Shown: positions 10,158-19,227 of the stretch, in pieces
Layout of the letters: each line of letters starts with the position of its first letter
Numbering within the stretch: position 1 is the stretch's first letter
Source of the DNA: Candidatus Latescibacterota bacterium
GTDB taxonomy: Bacteria; JAAXHH01
DNA: 64,000 nt
Assembly (NCBI GenBank): GCA_022823465.1
Contig: JAJEHX010000029.1
Span: forward strand, 7,852-71,851
Direction: 5' to 3'
Notes under the pieces: generated by a model
The model's database searches: none
What the model was told of the DNA's origin: nothing
Seen by the model: only the letters and a program-made list of their open reading frames with translations
Translations under genes and position numbers: made by a program

Positions 10158-10493
10158 TTGGATATCATCTTCAAATCCCAAAAGCTTGCTCAGATATTCA
10201 ATTCCGGGTTCAATCTCAAGAAGAAGTACGGGGCAAAGGCGGCACGCACCATAATGATTAGGATGTCAGTGCTGAGAAACGCCCGGACCCTGGAATTAGT
10301 GCCGAAAACCCCGCCTGACAGGTGTCATCAGCTAAAAGGCCGTCGTAAGGGACAGTTCGCGGTGGATATTGATGAGTCGCGAAGGCTGGTCTTCAAACCA
10401 AACCATGAACGGACTCCCCGCTTGGACGATGGCAGTATAGACCTCAACGGTGTGACGGCAATAAAGGTCCTCGATGTAACGGACTATCATTGA
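10158..10493 (+). CDS. higB: HigB-type toxin (plasmid maintenance system killer protein, COG3549/PF05015)
   Basis: C-terminal signature ...PPDRCHQLKGRRKGQFAVDIDESRRLVF...VTDYH matches the HigB killer-protein consensus (PPGNRLEKLKGDR.GQYSIRIN.QWRICF...VEIVDYH). Confidence 0.8.
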   Translation: MDIIFKSQKLAQIFNSGFNLKKKYGAKAARTIMIRMSVLRNARTLELVPKTPPDRCHQLKGRRKGQFAVDIDESRRLVFKPNHERTPRLDDGSIDLNGVTAIKVLDVTDYH

Positions 10494-10532
10494 AGGAGGA
10501 CGTACGAGGGCTATCACTGAAGGAGGAGATGA

Positions 10533-11621
10533 ATGGCGGCCGGAAAAAACCAATACCAGCCAGACTACGCGGTGTCGCCGGGATGGGTCCTGGAAGAGAG
10601 ACTGGACGCGCAGGGTATTACGCACGCTGAATTCGCTCGCAGGTGCGATCGTTCGCCGAAGCTCATCAGCGAAATCATCGCGGGGAAGGCTCCGATCGTA
10701 CCGCAGACCGCTTTTCAATTCGAGTTGGTGTTAGGCGTTGATGCCAGTATCTGGCTGGGCATTGAAGCCGACTATCGTCTTTACAGGATACGGGCCGCCG
10801 CTGAAAAAAAAGCAGAAGCTGCCGGCTTGTGGTCACAGTCATTTCCCGTTAAAGATCTTATCAAACGAGGGGTAATCCAAAAACCGGTATCTGAGGGTAA
10901 GGCTGTATCCGAGCTACTGGCTTTCTTCGGTGTAGCATCCATAAAGGCATGGAAGATGAAGTACGAAAACGTAAACATCGCTTTTCGTCACTCTCCGGCT
11001 TTTGAAAGCGACGGCGCCGCTTTGACGGCCTGGCTTAGACTTAATGAGATCGACGCTCTGGATCAGCGCTGCGCAAACTACAATGTTTCCAGGTTCAAGA
11101 AAGCGCTGGCTCAAGTACGACAACTTACGCGGATTCCGATCCATGAAGCACTAAAAAACGCCAGGGTACTTTTCAATGAGGCTGGGGTTGCCCTGTCATG
11201 GGTCAAACCATTGCCAAAAACAAGGGTGAGTGGCGCCGCGTGGTGGGTGTCACCCGGCAGACCGGTCGTTGCACTCAGCGCGCGTCACAAAACAGATGAC
11301 CATCTATGGTTCAGCTTGTTTCACGAAGCGGCACATATAATCTTGCATGGCAAAAAACACGTGTATGTCGACCGGGCGAATGGCGGGTCCGACGCAATTG
11401 AAACGGAAGCCAATCAATGGGCGGTTGATTTTCTTATTCCCAATACTGCCTGGGATAATTTTGTAGCCAAAGGTAGTTTTCGTAGTACAGATGTTCGCAG
11501 ATTTGCCGACGAACATAAAATCGCGCCAGGTATAGTAGTTGGGAGACTCCAGCACACGAAACAGATCGCATGGAGCCACCTCAACAGGCTCAAAACACGC
11601 CTGCGGTGGTCAGACGAATAA
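10533..11621 (+). CDS. HigA-type HTH (XRE) antitoxin fused to a C-terminal ImmA/IrrE-family (COG2856/DUF955) HEXXH metallopeptidase domain
   Basis: The N-terminus SPGWVLEERLDAQGITHAEFARRCDRSPKLISEIIAGKAPIVPQTAFQFELVLGVDASIWLGIEADYRL matches the HigA/VapI COG3093 consensus. The zinc motif LFHEAAHIILH (HEXXH) sits at ~aa 264. The gene lies 40 bp downstream of higB on the same strand. Confidence 0.8.
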   Translation: MAAGKNQYQPDYAVSPGWVLEERLDAQGITHAEFARRCDRSPKLISEIIAGKAPIVPQTAFQFELVLGVDASIWLGIEADYRLYRIRAAAEKKAEAAGLWSQSFPVKDLIKRGVIQKPVSEGKAVSELLAFFGVASIKAWKMKYENVNIAFRHSPAFESDGAALTAWLRLNEIDALDQRCANYNVSRFKKALAQVRQLTRIPIHEALKNARVLFNEAGVALSWVKPLPKTRVSGAAWWVSPGRPVVALSARHKTDDHLWFSLFHEAAHIILHGKKHVYVDRANGGSDAIETEANQWAVDFLIPNTAWDNFVAKGSFRSTDVRRFADEHKIAPGIVVGRLQHTKQIAWSHLNRLKTRLRWSDE

Positions 11622-11635
11622 ACAATAAGGGAATG

Positions 11636-11836
11636 ACATCCAGTTTGATGCAAAGAAAAGTGCCTCCATGCCCATCCTGCGGAGGACAACTGCGCCACGT
11701 CCGCGGCGCCCGCTATTGCTGCAAGTCCTGCCAGGAAGATTACGGTTTATTCCGAAAACGCGCGCCCTACACCGGCACGCACTGCGTCCGGCTTCACTCG
11801 CCGGCCCAGGCCAGACAGGCCGAGGAGGAAGGATAG
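11636..11836 (+). CDS. Small C4 zinc-ribbon protein (hypothetical, ~66 aa)
   Basis: MTSSLMQRKVPPCPSCGGQLRHVRGARYCCKSCQEDYG... with two CxxC pairs. Starts 15 nt after the HigA-ImmA stop. Weak RBS and no homolog recognised. Confidence 0.3.
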   Translation, partial: TSSLMQRKVPPCPSCGGQLRHVRGARYCCKSCQEDYGLFRKRAPYTGTHCVRLHSPAQARQAEEEG

Positions 11837-11869
11837 CGGGAACCAGGTCTGACGGTTTCCGCGTACAGG

Positions 11870-12892
11870 ATGAACTGGCTCAAAAAAACCTGGGGCTGGC
11901 TCAGATGGCTGGTCGCTCTGGGCATCCTCACCTACCTGTTCTATCTCTATCGCGACCAATACGCCGATTTCATCCGCCGCGAGATCGATTTTACCTTCCT
12001 GGGCATCGGAGTCGTACTGGCCACGACGGCGACCATACTGGCCTTTTTCCGTTGGTACCTTCTGGCCAGGGGACAGAAGCTGGTGCTGAGATTCCGCGAA
12101 GCCGTCCGCCTGGGCTTCGTCAGCAATCTGTTCAACTACCTCGCTCCGGGGACCGCGGGCGGCGACATCGTGCGGGCCGTGGGCATCGCGCGGCATCAGA
12201 AGTCGAGGCGTACCGTCGCCGCGGCCACGGTGCTGCTCGACCGGTTATTCGGCATGTTGACGCTGCTCGTCATAGGTTCAGTGGTCGCCCTGCTCAACCA
12301 GGACCTGTGGCGTCACCGCGAGGTCATGCTGGTCGTGCTGGCATTCTGGGGTGGTTCGATCGCCGGTCTGATCTGCCTGGCGGTTTCCCTCCAGGCGCGG
12401 GTCCTTCGCTGGTCCCTGTTCCAGCGGCTCACCCATATCCGATTCATCGGGCCGGTCGTTACCGAACTGGTCAACAGCCTGGCGCTTTACCAGACACACC
12501 GCAGCGTGTTAACCGGCGCCCTGCTCATCAGCCTGGCCAGCCAGGTCTTCATGCTTTCGGCATTCTACTGCTGCGCGATGGCGCTGTTGCCCGGTCCCGC
12601 CGCTCCGGATTACTGGACTCACCTGATGCTGATTCCCGCGGCCGAGATCATCAGCACCTTTGCCCCGGTGCCTGGCGGCGTCGGCGCGCTGGAAGGCGCG
12701 GTCATCTACATCTATCACCTCGTCAGCACGACCGCTGAGGTACCGATCGCCGCCTCGGTCGCCCAGGCCACGGGACTGGCGTCCGCCCTGACGTACCGGA
12801 TCGTGCGCATTTCCGTCGCCGCCCTGGGCGCCGGGTACTACATGGTTTCGGATAGAAGCTGGAAGGAAAGGCTGGGACTGGAGGAGTCCTGA
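11870..12892 (+). CDS. Lysylphosphatidylglycerol-synthase TM-region / flippase-like (UPF0104) membrane protein
   Basis: 340 aa and polytopic. Family-like motifs NLFNYLAPGTAGGDIVRAV and PGGVGALEGAVIYIY. Confidence 0.7.
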   Translation: MNWLKKTWGWLRWLVALGILTYLFYLYRDQYADFIRREIDFTFLGIGVVLATTATILAFFRWYLLARGQKLVLRFREAVRLGFVSNLFNYLAPGTAGGDIVRAVGIARHQKSRRTVAAATVLLDRLFGMLTLLVIGSVVALLNQDLWRHREVMLVVLAFWGGSIAGLICLAVSLQARVLRWSLFQRLTHIRFIGPVVTELVNSLALYQTHRSVLTGALLISLASQVFMLSAFYCCAMALLPGPAAPDYWTHLMLIPAAEIISTFAPVPGGVGALEGAVIYIYHLVSTTAEVPIAASVAQATGLASALTYRIVRISVAALGAGYYMVSDRSWKERLGLEES

Positions 12893-13002
12893 CCGTACGG
12901 GCACGGAGAAAGTGCCGGAAATTCCGACGTATCCCCGCACCCGGTCAGGGCCGAACCCCGGGTACTTTATTCCCCGGCGTCCGGCGGTTCATTGCTGATG
13001 TT

Positions 13003-15798
13003 TCACGAACACCCGCTCGTCGACCCACACTCACGACACACGTAACACGAACCGTTGCGGGTCATCAGGCTGCCGCAGTCCGAACAGGACGGTGCGTCGG
13101 CCTGGGCGGTATATACTTCGTGTTCCTGGTTCTCCTGCGCGGTCATCGTCTGGTCCATGGCGTTCGAGTGCATGGTGGAATCCATGTCCTTGTCTTCCAC
13201 GATCTCGGAATGACTGTCCTCGGGCAGGAATTTCACCGCGAGCCACCGGAAGATGTAATCGGTGATGGACTTGGCGATGGGCACGTCCTTGTTTCCCGTG
13301 AAGCCGGCCGGTTCGAACCGCATGTGGCTGAACTTGCGGATCAGGCTTTCCAGGGGCACGCCGTACTGCAGCGACACGGATATGGCCGTGGCGAAGGCGT
13401 CCATCATGCCGGATACCGTGCTGCCTTCCTTGGACATCCGCAGGAAGATCTCGCCGGGCTGGCCGTCTTCGAAGAGGCCGACCGTCAGGTAGCCCTCGTG
13501 GCCGGCGATGCTGAACTTGTGGGTAATGGCTTCGCGCTCGTCGGGCAGCCTGCGGCGAACGGGCTGGACCTCTGTGGCGTCTTCATCCTCCGACGCCTTG
13601 GTGCTGAGCGGCTGGGTGCGCTTCGACCCGTCGCGGTAGATCGCCAGGGCCTTGAGCCCCATCTCTCCGCCCTTCATGTACACGTTCATGACGTCTTCGA
13701 CCGTCGCCTCGTTGGGCAGGTTTACGGTCTTGGATATGGCGCCTGAAATGAAGGGCTGCGCGGCGGCCATCATCTTCACGTGTCCCATGTGGTGGATGGA
13801 GCGGCTGCCGTTTTCGGTACGGAACGCGCAGTCGAAGACCGGCAGGTGTTCCTGGAGCAGGTGCGGCGCGCCTTCGATCGTGCCGTGCTCGTCGATGTAG
13901 TGGACGATCCGCTCGATCTGCTGATGCGAGTAGTCGAGCTTCTCCAGGGCGGAGTAAACAGTCCGGTTCACGATCTTCATCGTGCCGCCGCCCACCAGGC
14001 GCTTGTACTTGACCAGGGCGATATCGGGCTCGATGCCCGTCGTGTCGCAGTCCATCATGAAGGCGATGGTCCCCGTGGGCGCAAGCACCGTGGCCTGGCT
14101 GTTCTTGTATCCGTGCTTCCTGCCATGGGCGAGTGCGTTGTCCCAGGCGGTCCGCGCGGCGTCGAGCAGGTTCTTGTCCACCATCTCCGCATGAATATCG
14201 TCCACGGCGTCGCGGTGCTTCTGCATGACGCGCAGCATGGGTTCGCTGTTTTCGTCGTAGCCGGCGAAGGTGCCGAGGTACTCGGCGATTTCCGAGGAGC
14301 GGTAGTAGCCCTGGCCGGTCATCAGCGCCGTGATGGCGCCCGCGTAGGCCCTGCCGCCGTCGCTGTCGTAGGGCAGGCCCATGGCCATGAGCAGCGCGCC
14401 GAGGTTGGCGTAACCCAGGCCCAGCTGACGGAAGGCGCGGGCGTTCTCGCCGATCTTGTCCGTGGGATAGCTGGCGTTGTCGACGATGATGTCCTGGGCC
14501 ATGATCATGATGTTGACCGTGTGTATGAATCCCACTGTGTCGAAGGTGCCGTCGTCGGTCAGGTACTTGAGCAGGTTGATCGAGGCCAGGTTGCACGCGC
14601 TGTTGTCCAGGTGCATGTACTCCGAACAGGGATTGCTGGCGTTGATACGGTCCGTGTTGGCGCAGGTATGCCAGTCGTTGATGGTCGTATCGTACTGCAT
14701 ACCCGGGTAGCCGCACTCCCATGCCGCTTCCGATATCCAGGACATGACGTCCTTCGCCTTCAGGCTGTCCACGGGCTTCTTCGTGGTGATCGACTTCAGC
14801 GTCCAGTCCTCGTCCTTTTCCACCGCGTCCAGGAAATCGTCTGTCACCCGGACCGAGTTGTTGGCGTTCTGGAATTGAATGGAACTCCATGCGTCGCCGT
14901 TCAGGGTCATGTCCCATCCGGCGTCTCCGAGGGCGTAAGCCTTGCGCTCCTCGTTGGCCTTGCACCAGATGAACTCCACCACGTCGGGATGGTCGATGTC
15001 CAGGACGACCATCTTGGCCGCCCGGCGGGTCTTGCCGCCGGACTTTATGGAGCCCGCCACCGAATCGGCCGCCCGCATGAAGGAGACGGGTCCGGAAGCC
15101 TGGCCGCCTGAAGACAGGATTTCCCTGGAGGAACGGATCCGGGACAGGTTCACGCCGGCGCCCGAGCCGCCCTTGAAGATCATGCCCTCGACCTTGCACC
15201 ATTCGAGGATGGATTCCATGGAATCTTCGACCGACAGGATGAAACAGGCAGAACACTGGGGCGTGTCTTCGACGCCCGCATTGAACCAGACCGGGCTGTT
15301 GAACGTGGCCCGCTGGTGCAGAATGATTTCTTTCAATTCGTTTTGGAATGCATCGGCGTCCTCCTCCGATGCGAAGTAACCCTGGGCGCGACCCCAGCCG
15401 GCGATCGTATCCGCCACGCGGTTGATCATATGCTTGACGCTGTGCTCGCGCTTCGGGGTGCCGAGGGGGCCTCGGAAATACTTGGACACCACGACGTTAG
15501 TGGCCAGCTGCGACCAGTCGGCAGGAATTTCCACGTCTTCCTGCTCGAAGACGACTTCGCCGCCGTCTCCCGCGATGGTGGCCGTCCGCTTCTCCCATTC
15601 CACGCCCTCGTAGGGATCGACGCCCGGATTGCTGTACAGCCGTTCGACTGTCAGGCCTCCCTCAACGGCCAGCGCGTCGGATGGCCCGTCGACGGCTGAC
15701 GCGTCTTCAACGGACACCTCGGCGGCGGATTCCTCCATCTCTTCTATCGCGCGGCCGGGGTTGTCCTTCAATTTCAAACCAAGTCTTTCTGTAGCCAT
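13003..15798 (-). CDS. nrdJ: Adenosylcobalamin-dependent (class II) ribonucleotide reductase
   Basis: 931 aa with a class II RNR active-site region (...NPCSEYMHLDNSACNLASINL...) and a C-terminal Zn ribbon (CSDCGSLMTRNGSCYVCRECG). Immediately downstream of nrdR on the same strand. Confidence 0.9.
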   Translation of the reverse strand: MATERLGLKLKDNPGRAIEEMEESAAEVSVEDASAVDGPSDALAVEGGLTVERLYSNPGVDPYEGVEWEKRTATIAGDGGEVVFEQEDVEIPADWSQLATNVVVSKYFRGPLGTPKREHSVKHMINRVADTIAGWGRAQGYFASEEDADAFQNELKEIILHQRATFNSPVWFNAGVEDTPQCSACFILSVEDSMESILEWCKVEGMIFKGGSGAGVNLSRIRSSREILSSGGQASGPVSFMRAADSVAGSIKSGGKTRRAAKMVVLDIDHPDVVEFIWCKANEERKAYALGDAGWDMTLNGDAWSSIQFQNANNSVRVTDDFLDAVEKDEDWTLKSITTKKPVDSLKAKDVMSWISEAAWECGYPGMQYDTTINDWHTCANTDRINASNPCSEYMHLDNSACNLASINLLKYLTDDGTFDTVGFIHTVNIMIMAQDIIVDNASYPTDKIGENARAFRQLGLGYANLGALLMAMGLPYDSDGGRAYAGAITALMTGQGYYRSSEIAEYLGTFAGYDENSEPMLRVMQKHRDAVDDIHAEMVDKNLLDAARTAWDNALAHGRKHGYKNSQATVLAPTGTIAFMMDCDTTGIEPDIALVKYKRLVGGGTMKIVNRTVYSALEKLDYSHQQIERIVHYIDEHGTIEGAPHLLQEHLPVFDCAFRTENGSRSIHHMGHVKMMAAAQPFISGAISKTVNLPNEATVEDVMNVYMKGGEMGLKALAIYRDGSKRTQPLSTKASEDEDATEVQPVRRRLPDEREAITHKFSIAGHEGYLTVGLFEDGQPGEIFLRMSKEGSTVSGMMDAFATAISVSLQYGVPLESLIRKFSHMRFEPAGFTGNKDVPIAKSITDYIFRWLAVKFLPEDSHSEIVEDKDMDSTMHSNAMDQTMTAQENQEHEVYTAQADAPSCSDCGSLMTRNGSCYVCRECGSTSGCS

Positions 15799-15820
15799 AC
15801 TTGCCCCCTCGAATCGACTT

Positions 15821-15836
15821 ACACTATCTGTAACTG
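15821..15836. promoter_or_regulatory. Candidate NrdR box half-site (ACACTATCTGTAACTG) in the nrdR-nrdJ intergenic region
   Basis: ACACTAT matches the left half of the NrdR-box consensus acaCwAtATaTwGtgt; the right half is degenerate. Confidence 0.25.
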
Positions 15837-15925
15837 GTATTTGACACGGTCGAAAAATGTATTTATGAAGTCATCAAAAAGTGATGCCTGATCCGTGCGT
15901 ATGGACCAGGCATTCAAATCATTTG

Positions 15926-16417
15926 CTAATTCTGATTGGGCTGGTCCTTGACGACTGAGGCCAACTCCTGTTTCTCCAGCTGTTCGAGCTCTTCCCGGAA
16001 CTCGGTTCGATCCTGGAAATCACGGTAAACCGAGGCGAATCGCACATAGGCCACTTCGTCGATCTTGCGCAATTCCCGTATGATGAATTCGCCGATCTTT
16101 TCGGAAGGAATCTCGCGTTCGTTCAGGTTGCTTACGTAGTACACCACGCGGTCCACGAGTTCATGGAGTTGGTCGGCGGAAACCATGCGTTTCGTACAGG
16201 CCAGTTTCAGGCCGTGCATGATCTTTCCGCGGTCGAAAACTTCCCGGCGGCCGTCGGACTTCACCACCATCAGTTCTTCTTCCTCGATGGCCTCGTAGGT
16301 CGTGAAACGCTTGGTGCAGGACAGGCACTCACGCCGCCTGCGTATGGTTCTGCCACTTTGAATAGTGCGGGAGTCTACAACGTGGCTGTTCAACGTGCCA
16401 CACGCCGGACATCGCAT
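15926..16417 (-). CDS. nrdR: Transcriptional repressor NrdR
   Basis: MRCPACGTLNSHVVDSRTIQSGRTIRRRRECLSCTKRFTTYE... Zn ribbon plus ATP-cone (GKIMHGLKLA...YVRFASVYRDF). Confidence 0.9.
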   Translation of the reverse strand: MRCPACGTLNSHVVDSRTIQSGRTIRRRRECLSCTKRFTTYEAIEEEELMVVKSDGRREVFDRGKIMHGLKLACTKRMVSADQLHELVDRVVYYVSNLNEREIPSEKIGEFIIRELRKIDEVAYVRFASVYRDFQDRTEFREELEQLEKQELASVVKDQPNQN

Positions 16418-16665
16418 CTGCGACGGACCTCCGGTTGTAATTGATTGTTATATATAAGAATTAACTATCACAAGGTGTTGTGGTGCGAGACAACGTAACA
16501 AACAAGATATTGTATAGATTGCAATGTGGCAAGAGTGTTTTTTCAACTTTTTTTCCAACTAAAACTTCCACTAACGTGTGCAATTTGGCGCGATTCCCGC
16601 AGCACCGGGCACTGCGACAATTGTACTTTTTTTACATTAGTACCCGAATACGAAATCGAACGGAC

Positions 16666-19158
16666 CTACTCCACCCGCAGCGACTCGACCGGATTCGCGG
16701 ATGCGGCCCGCACGGCCTGGAAGCTAACCGTCAGCAGGGCGATCGCCATGGCGAGCAGGCCGGCCACGATGAAGGTGGTCCAGCCCAGGTCGACGCGGTA
16801 GGCGAACCCTTCGAGCCAGGCGTTCATTGCGATGTAGGCGACGGGCCAGGCCACCACGATGGCCGCGATGACGAGCCTGAGGTACTCTCGGGACAACAGC
16901 GCGACCAGACTGGAGGCGGACGCGCCCAGGACCTTGCGGACCCCGATCTCCTTCCTGCGTCTTTCCGCGGTGAATGAGGACAGGCCGACGAGACCGAGAC
17001 AGGCAATAACGACGGCCAATGCGGAGAAACTGATAAAGATCCTGCCGTACCGCTGTTCTGCTTCATACAGGCGAGCGAAGGTGTCTTCCACGAAGAAGTA
17101 CTCGAAGGCGAAGTCCGGGTTCACTTCATGCCATGCTTCCTCGATCGCCGAAAGCCCTTCCGGCAAGCGGCCGGCATCGATTTTGATCATGGCGTATCCG
17201 CCCGGGTAATTCGGAAACAGCACCAGGGGTTCGATGGGTTCGTGAAGCGTGGCGTAATGGAAGTCCCTTACCACGCCCACTATCGACGGCTGCAACTCGC
17301 CTCGCTCATTGGAATCCGTGATGAGTTCCTGCAATCCTTCGATTTCCTTGCCCAAAGCCTCGCCGGCGGATTCGTAGCCCAGTCTGGCAACGGCCGCTTC
17401 GTTGATCACAACCGCCCCCGTCGGTGTCCAGTCACCAGGGAACGCGGAATCGAAGTTACGGCCCGCAACCAGATCGATTCCGAGCATGTCAATGAAATCA
17501 TCGTCCACCCAGGCCTGGTTCATATCGATCATCGATGATTCGTCCTGGCCCCGTCTGCGCGCCTTGATCGGCACCACGGCGTTCTTGTGCCCGGGGAGCA
17601 AAAACGACATGGCGACGTTTGTCACCGCCGGTATCTCCTTTACCCGTGCTTTGTAGATCCTGGATTTGACGATAACCGGCGCGAAGGTCTGAGGCACCGC
17701 GACGACCTGGTCGGTATTGAGCCCCATGTTCCGCGCGCGTATGAAATCGAGCTGGCTGTAGACCACGCCGGTGCAGATGATCAGGGCGATCGAAATCACG
17801 AACTGGCCCACGACCAGGATCCGGCGGATGGTCGCGTTCCCGGTACCCGGGGAGCGCATGCCGCTCAGCGCATGAACCGGTACAAGGCCGGAAAGGTAAA
17901 ACGCCGGGTAGCTGCCCGCAACAAACCCCACTACGGCGCCAATCACCAGAACGGCACCCAGGGCGAACCAGGCGGTATCCGCGTCCAGGGACAGGGACTT
18001 TCCAGTCACCAGACTGAACCACGGCAGACTCGAGACGGCAAGCAGGACGGCCACGCATACCGCAAGCCCGGTCATGATCATGGACTCGCTGATGAACTGC
18101 CGGACCACCTGGCCTCTGGCCGCGCCGAAGGTCTTTCGCAGGCCGATCTCCCCGGCCCTTCCCGCGGACCTCGCCGTCGCCAGGTTCATGAAGTTGACGC
18201 ACGCGATGAGGAGGATGAAAACGGCGAGGGCACCGAAGATGTAGACGTACCGGACATCGCTGTTCGGGCCCAGTTCCCGCTCGAGATGGGAATGAAGATG
18301 TATATCCGCAACCGGTTGCAACCTGAATTCCAGGGATGACGCTTGACCGTCGTAGCGGTCGCCGATGTACTTCTCCACGAAAGCGGGTAGCTTGGCTTCC
18401 AGTTCATCCGGATCGCTCCCCTCGCGAAGCAGGATGTAGCTGTAAGACTTCCGCCAGTCCCACACGTCGGCCGGATTGTCCGCGTAATGCTCCTGGATCC
18501 GGAACGCCGCGAGGATATCGAATCCGAGGTGCGTATTGGACGGCAGGTCCCGCATGACGCCGGTCACCTCGAAATGGAAGGATCCCTCGGCGTCCAGGAT
18601 CTTCCCGATGGGATTTTCGTCACCGAAGTACTTTCGGGCAACGGATTCTGACAGCACCACTTTGTCGATTCCAGCCAGGGCCGTCCGGGGATCGCCCGCC
18701 AGAAGAGGAACGTTAAAAACATTGAAAACCGACGAGTCGGCCAGGTAGAAGTTCCTTTCGTAGAACCCCTTGTCGCCGTACTTGATCATCCAGGCGTTGC
18801 CAGGAGGGATGAAGCGTACCATCTCTTCCACTTCGGGGAAGTCTTCGCGCATGAACTTGACCGTGGGCATCATGACTTCGGCCGTCCGGACAACCACGTC
18901 TCCGTCTCGCTCTTCGGAAATCACGCGGTAGATACGGTCCGCCTTTTCGTGAAACCGGTCGTAGCTGAGTTCGTCGCGGATGTAGAGCAGGATGAGGAGC
19001 GCGCACGCGATGCCGAGCGCCAGGCTCGTCACATTGATGGACGAATAGCCTTTCTGGCGGTTCAGGTGGCGGACGGCTATCGTCAGGTAGTTGCGGAGCA
19101 TGGCACGCTCTTGTTCCTGTTCAGTCATGTGCTCAGTGGTGGACTGGGCGCTGCTCAT
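16666..19158 (-). CDS. ADOP-type orphan ABC permease (MacB-like, duplicated FtsX domains with two periplasmic MacB_PCD-like domains), paralog 1
   Basis: 830 aa. N-terminus MLRNYLTIAVRHLNRQKGYSSINVTSLALGIA. Two FtsX blocks (...ATARSAGRAGEIGLRKTFGA..., ...TAERRRKEIGVRKVLGAS...). No ATPase partner adjacent. Confidence 0.85.
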   Translation of the reverse strand: MSSAQSTTEHMTEQEQERAMLRNYLTIAVRHLNRQKGYSSINVTSLALGIACALLILLYIRDELSYDRFHEKADRIYRVISEERDGDVVVRTAEVMMPTVKFMREDFPEVEEMVRFIPPGNAWMIKYGDKGFYERNFYLADSSVFNVFNVPLLAGDPRTALAGIDKVVLSESVARKYFGDENPIGKILDAEGSFHFEVTGVMRDLPSNTHLGFDILAAFRIQEHYADNPADVWDWRKSYSYILLREGSDPDELEAKLPAFVEKYIGDRYDGQASSLEFRLQPVADIHLHSHLERELGPNSDVRYVYIFGALAVFILLIACVNFMNLATARSAGRAGEIGLRKTFGAARGQVVRQFISESMIMTGLAVCVAVLLAVSSLPWFSLVTGKSLSLDADTAWFALGAVLVIGAVVGFVAGSYPAFYLSGLVPVHALSGMRSPGTGNATIRRILVVGQFVISIALIICTGVVYSQLDFIRARNMGLNTDQVVAVPQTFAPVIVKSRIYKARVKEIPAVTNVAMSFLLPGHKNAVVPIKARRRGQDESSMIDMNQAWVDDDFIDMLGIDLVAGRNFDSAFPGDWTPTGAVVINEAAVARLGYESAGEALGKEIEGLQELITDSNERGELQPSIVGVVRDFHYATLHEPIEPLVLFPNYPGGYAMIKIDAGRLPEGLSAIEEAWHEVNPDFAFEYFFVEDTFARLYEAEQRYGRIFISFSALAVVIACLGLVGLSSFTAERRRKEIGVRKVLGASASSLVALLSREYLRLVIAAIVVAWPVAYIAMNAWLEGFAYRVDLGWTTFIVAGLLAMAIALLTVSFQAVRAASANPVESLRVE

Positions 19159-19227
19159 TCGGCGCGCTCGATTCAGTCCGGCATCGAATGGGAATAGGCG
19201 TTCTACCGCGGTCCTGCCCGTGCGTTC

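Noticed and set aside
12893-13002. Possible bidirectional terminator hairpin (ACCCGG-N13-CCGGGT) between convergent genes
   Set aside because: The stem is only 6 bp with a long loop and a poor U-tract; not convincing enough to list as a feature.
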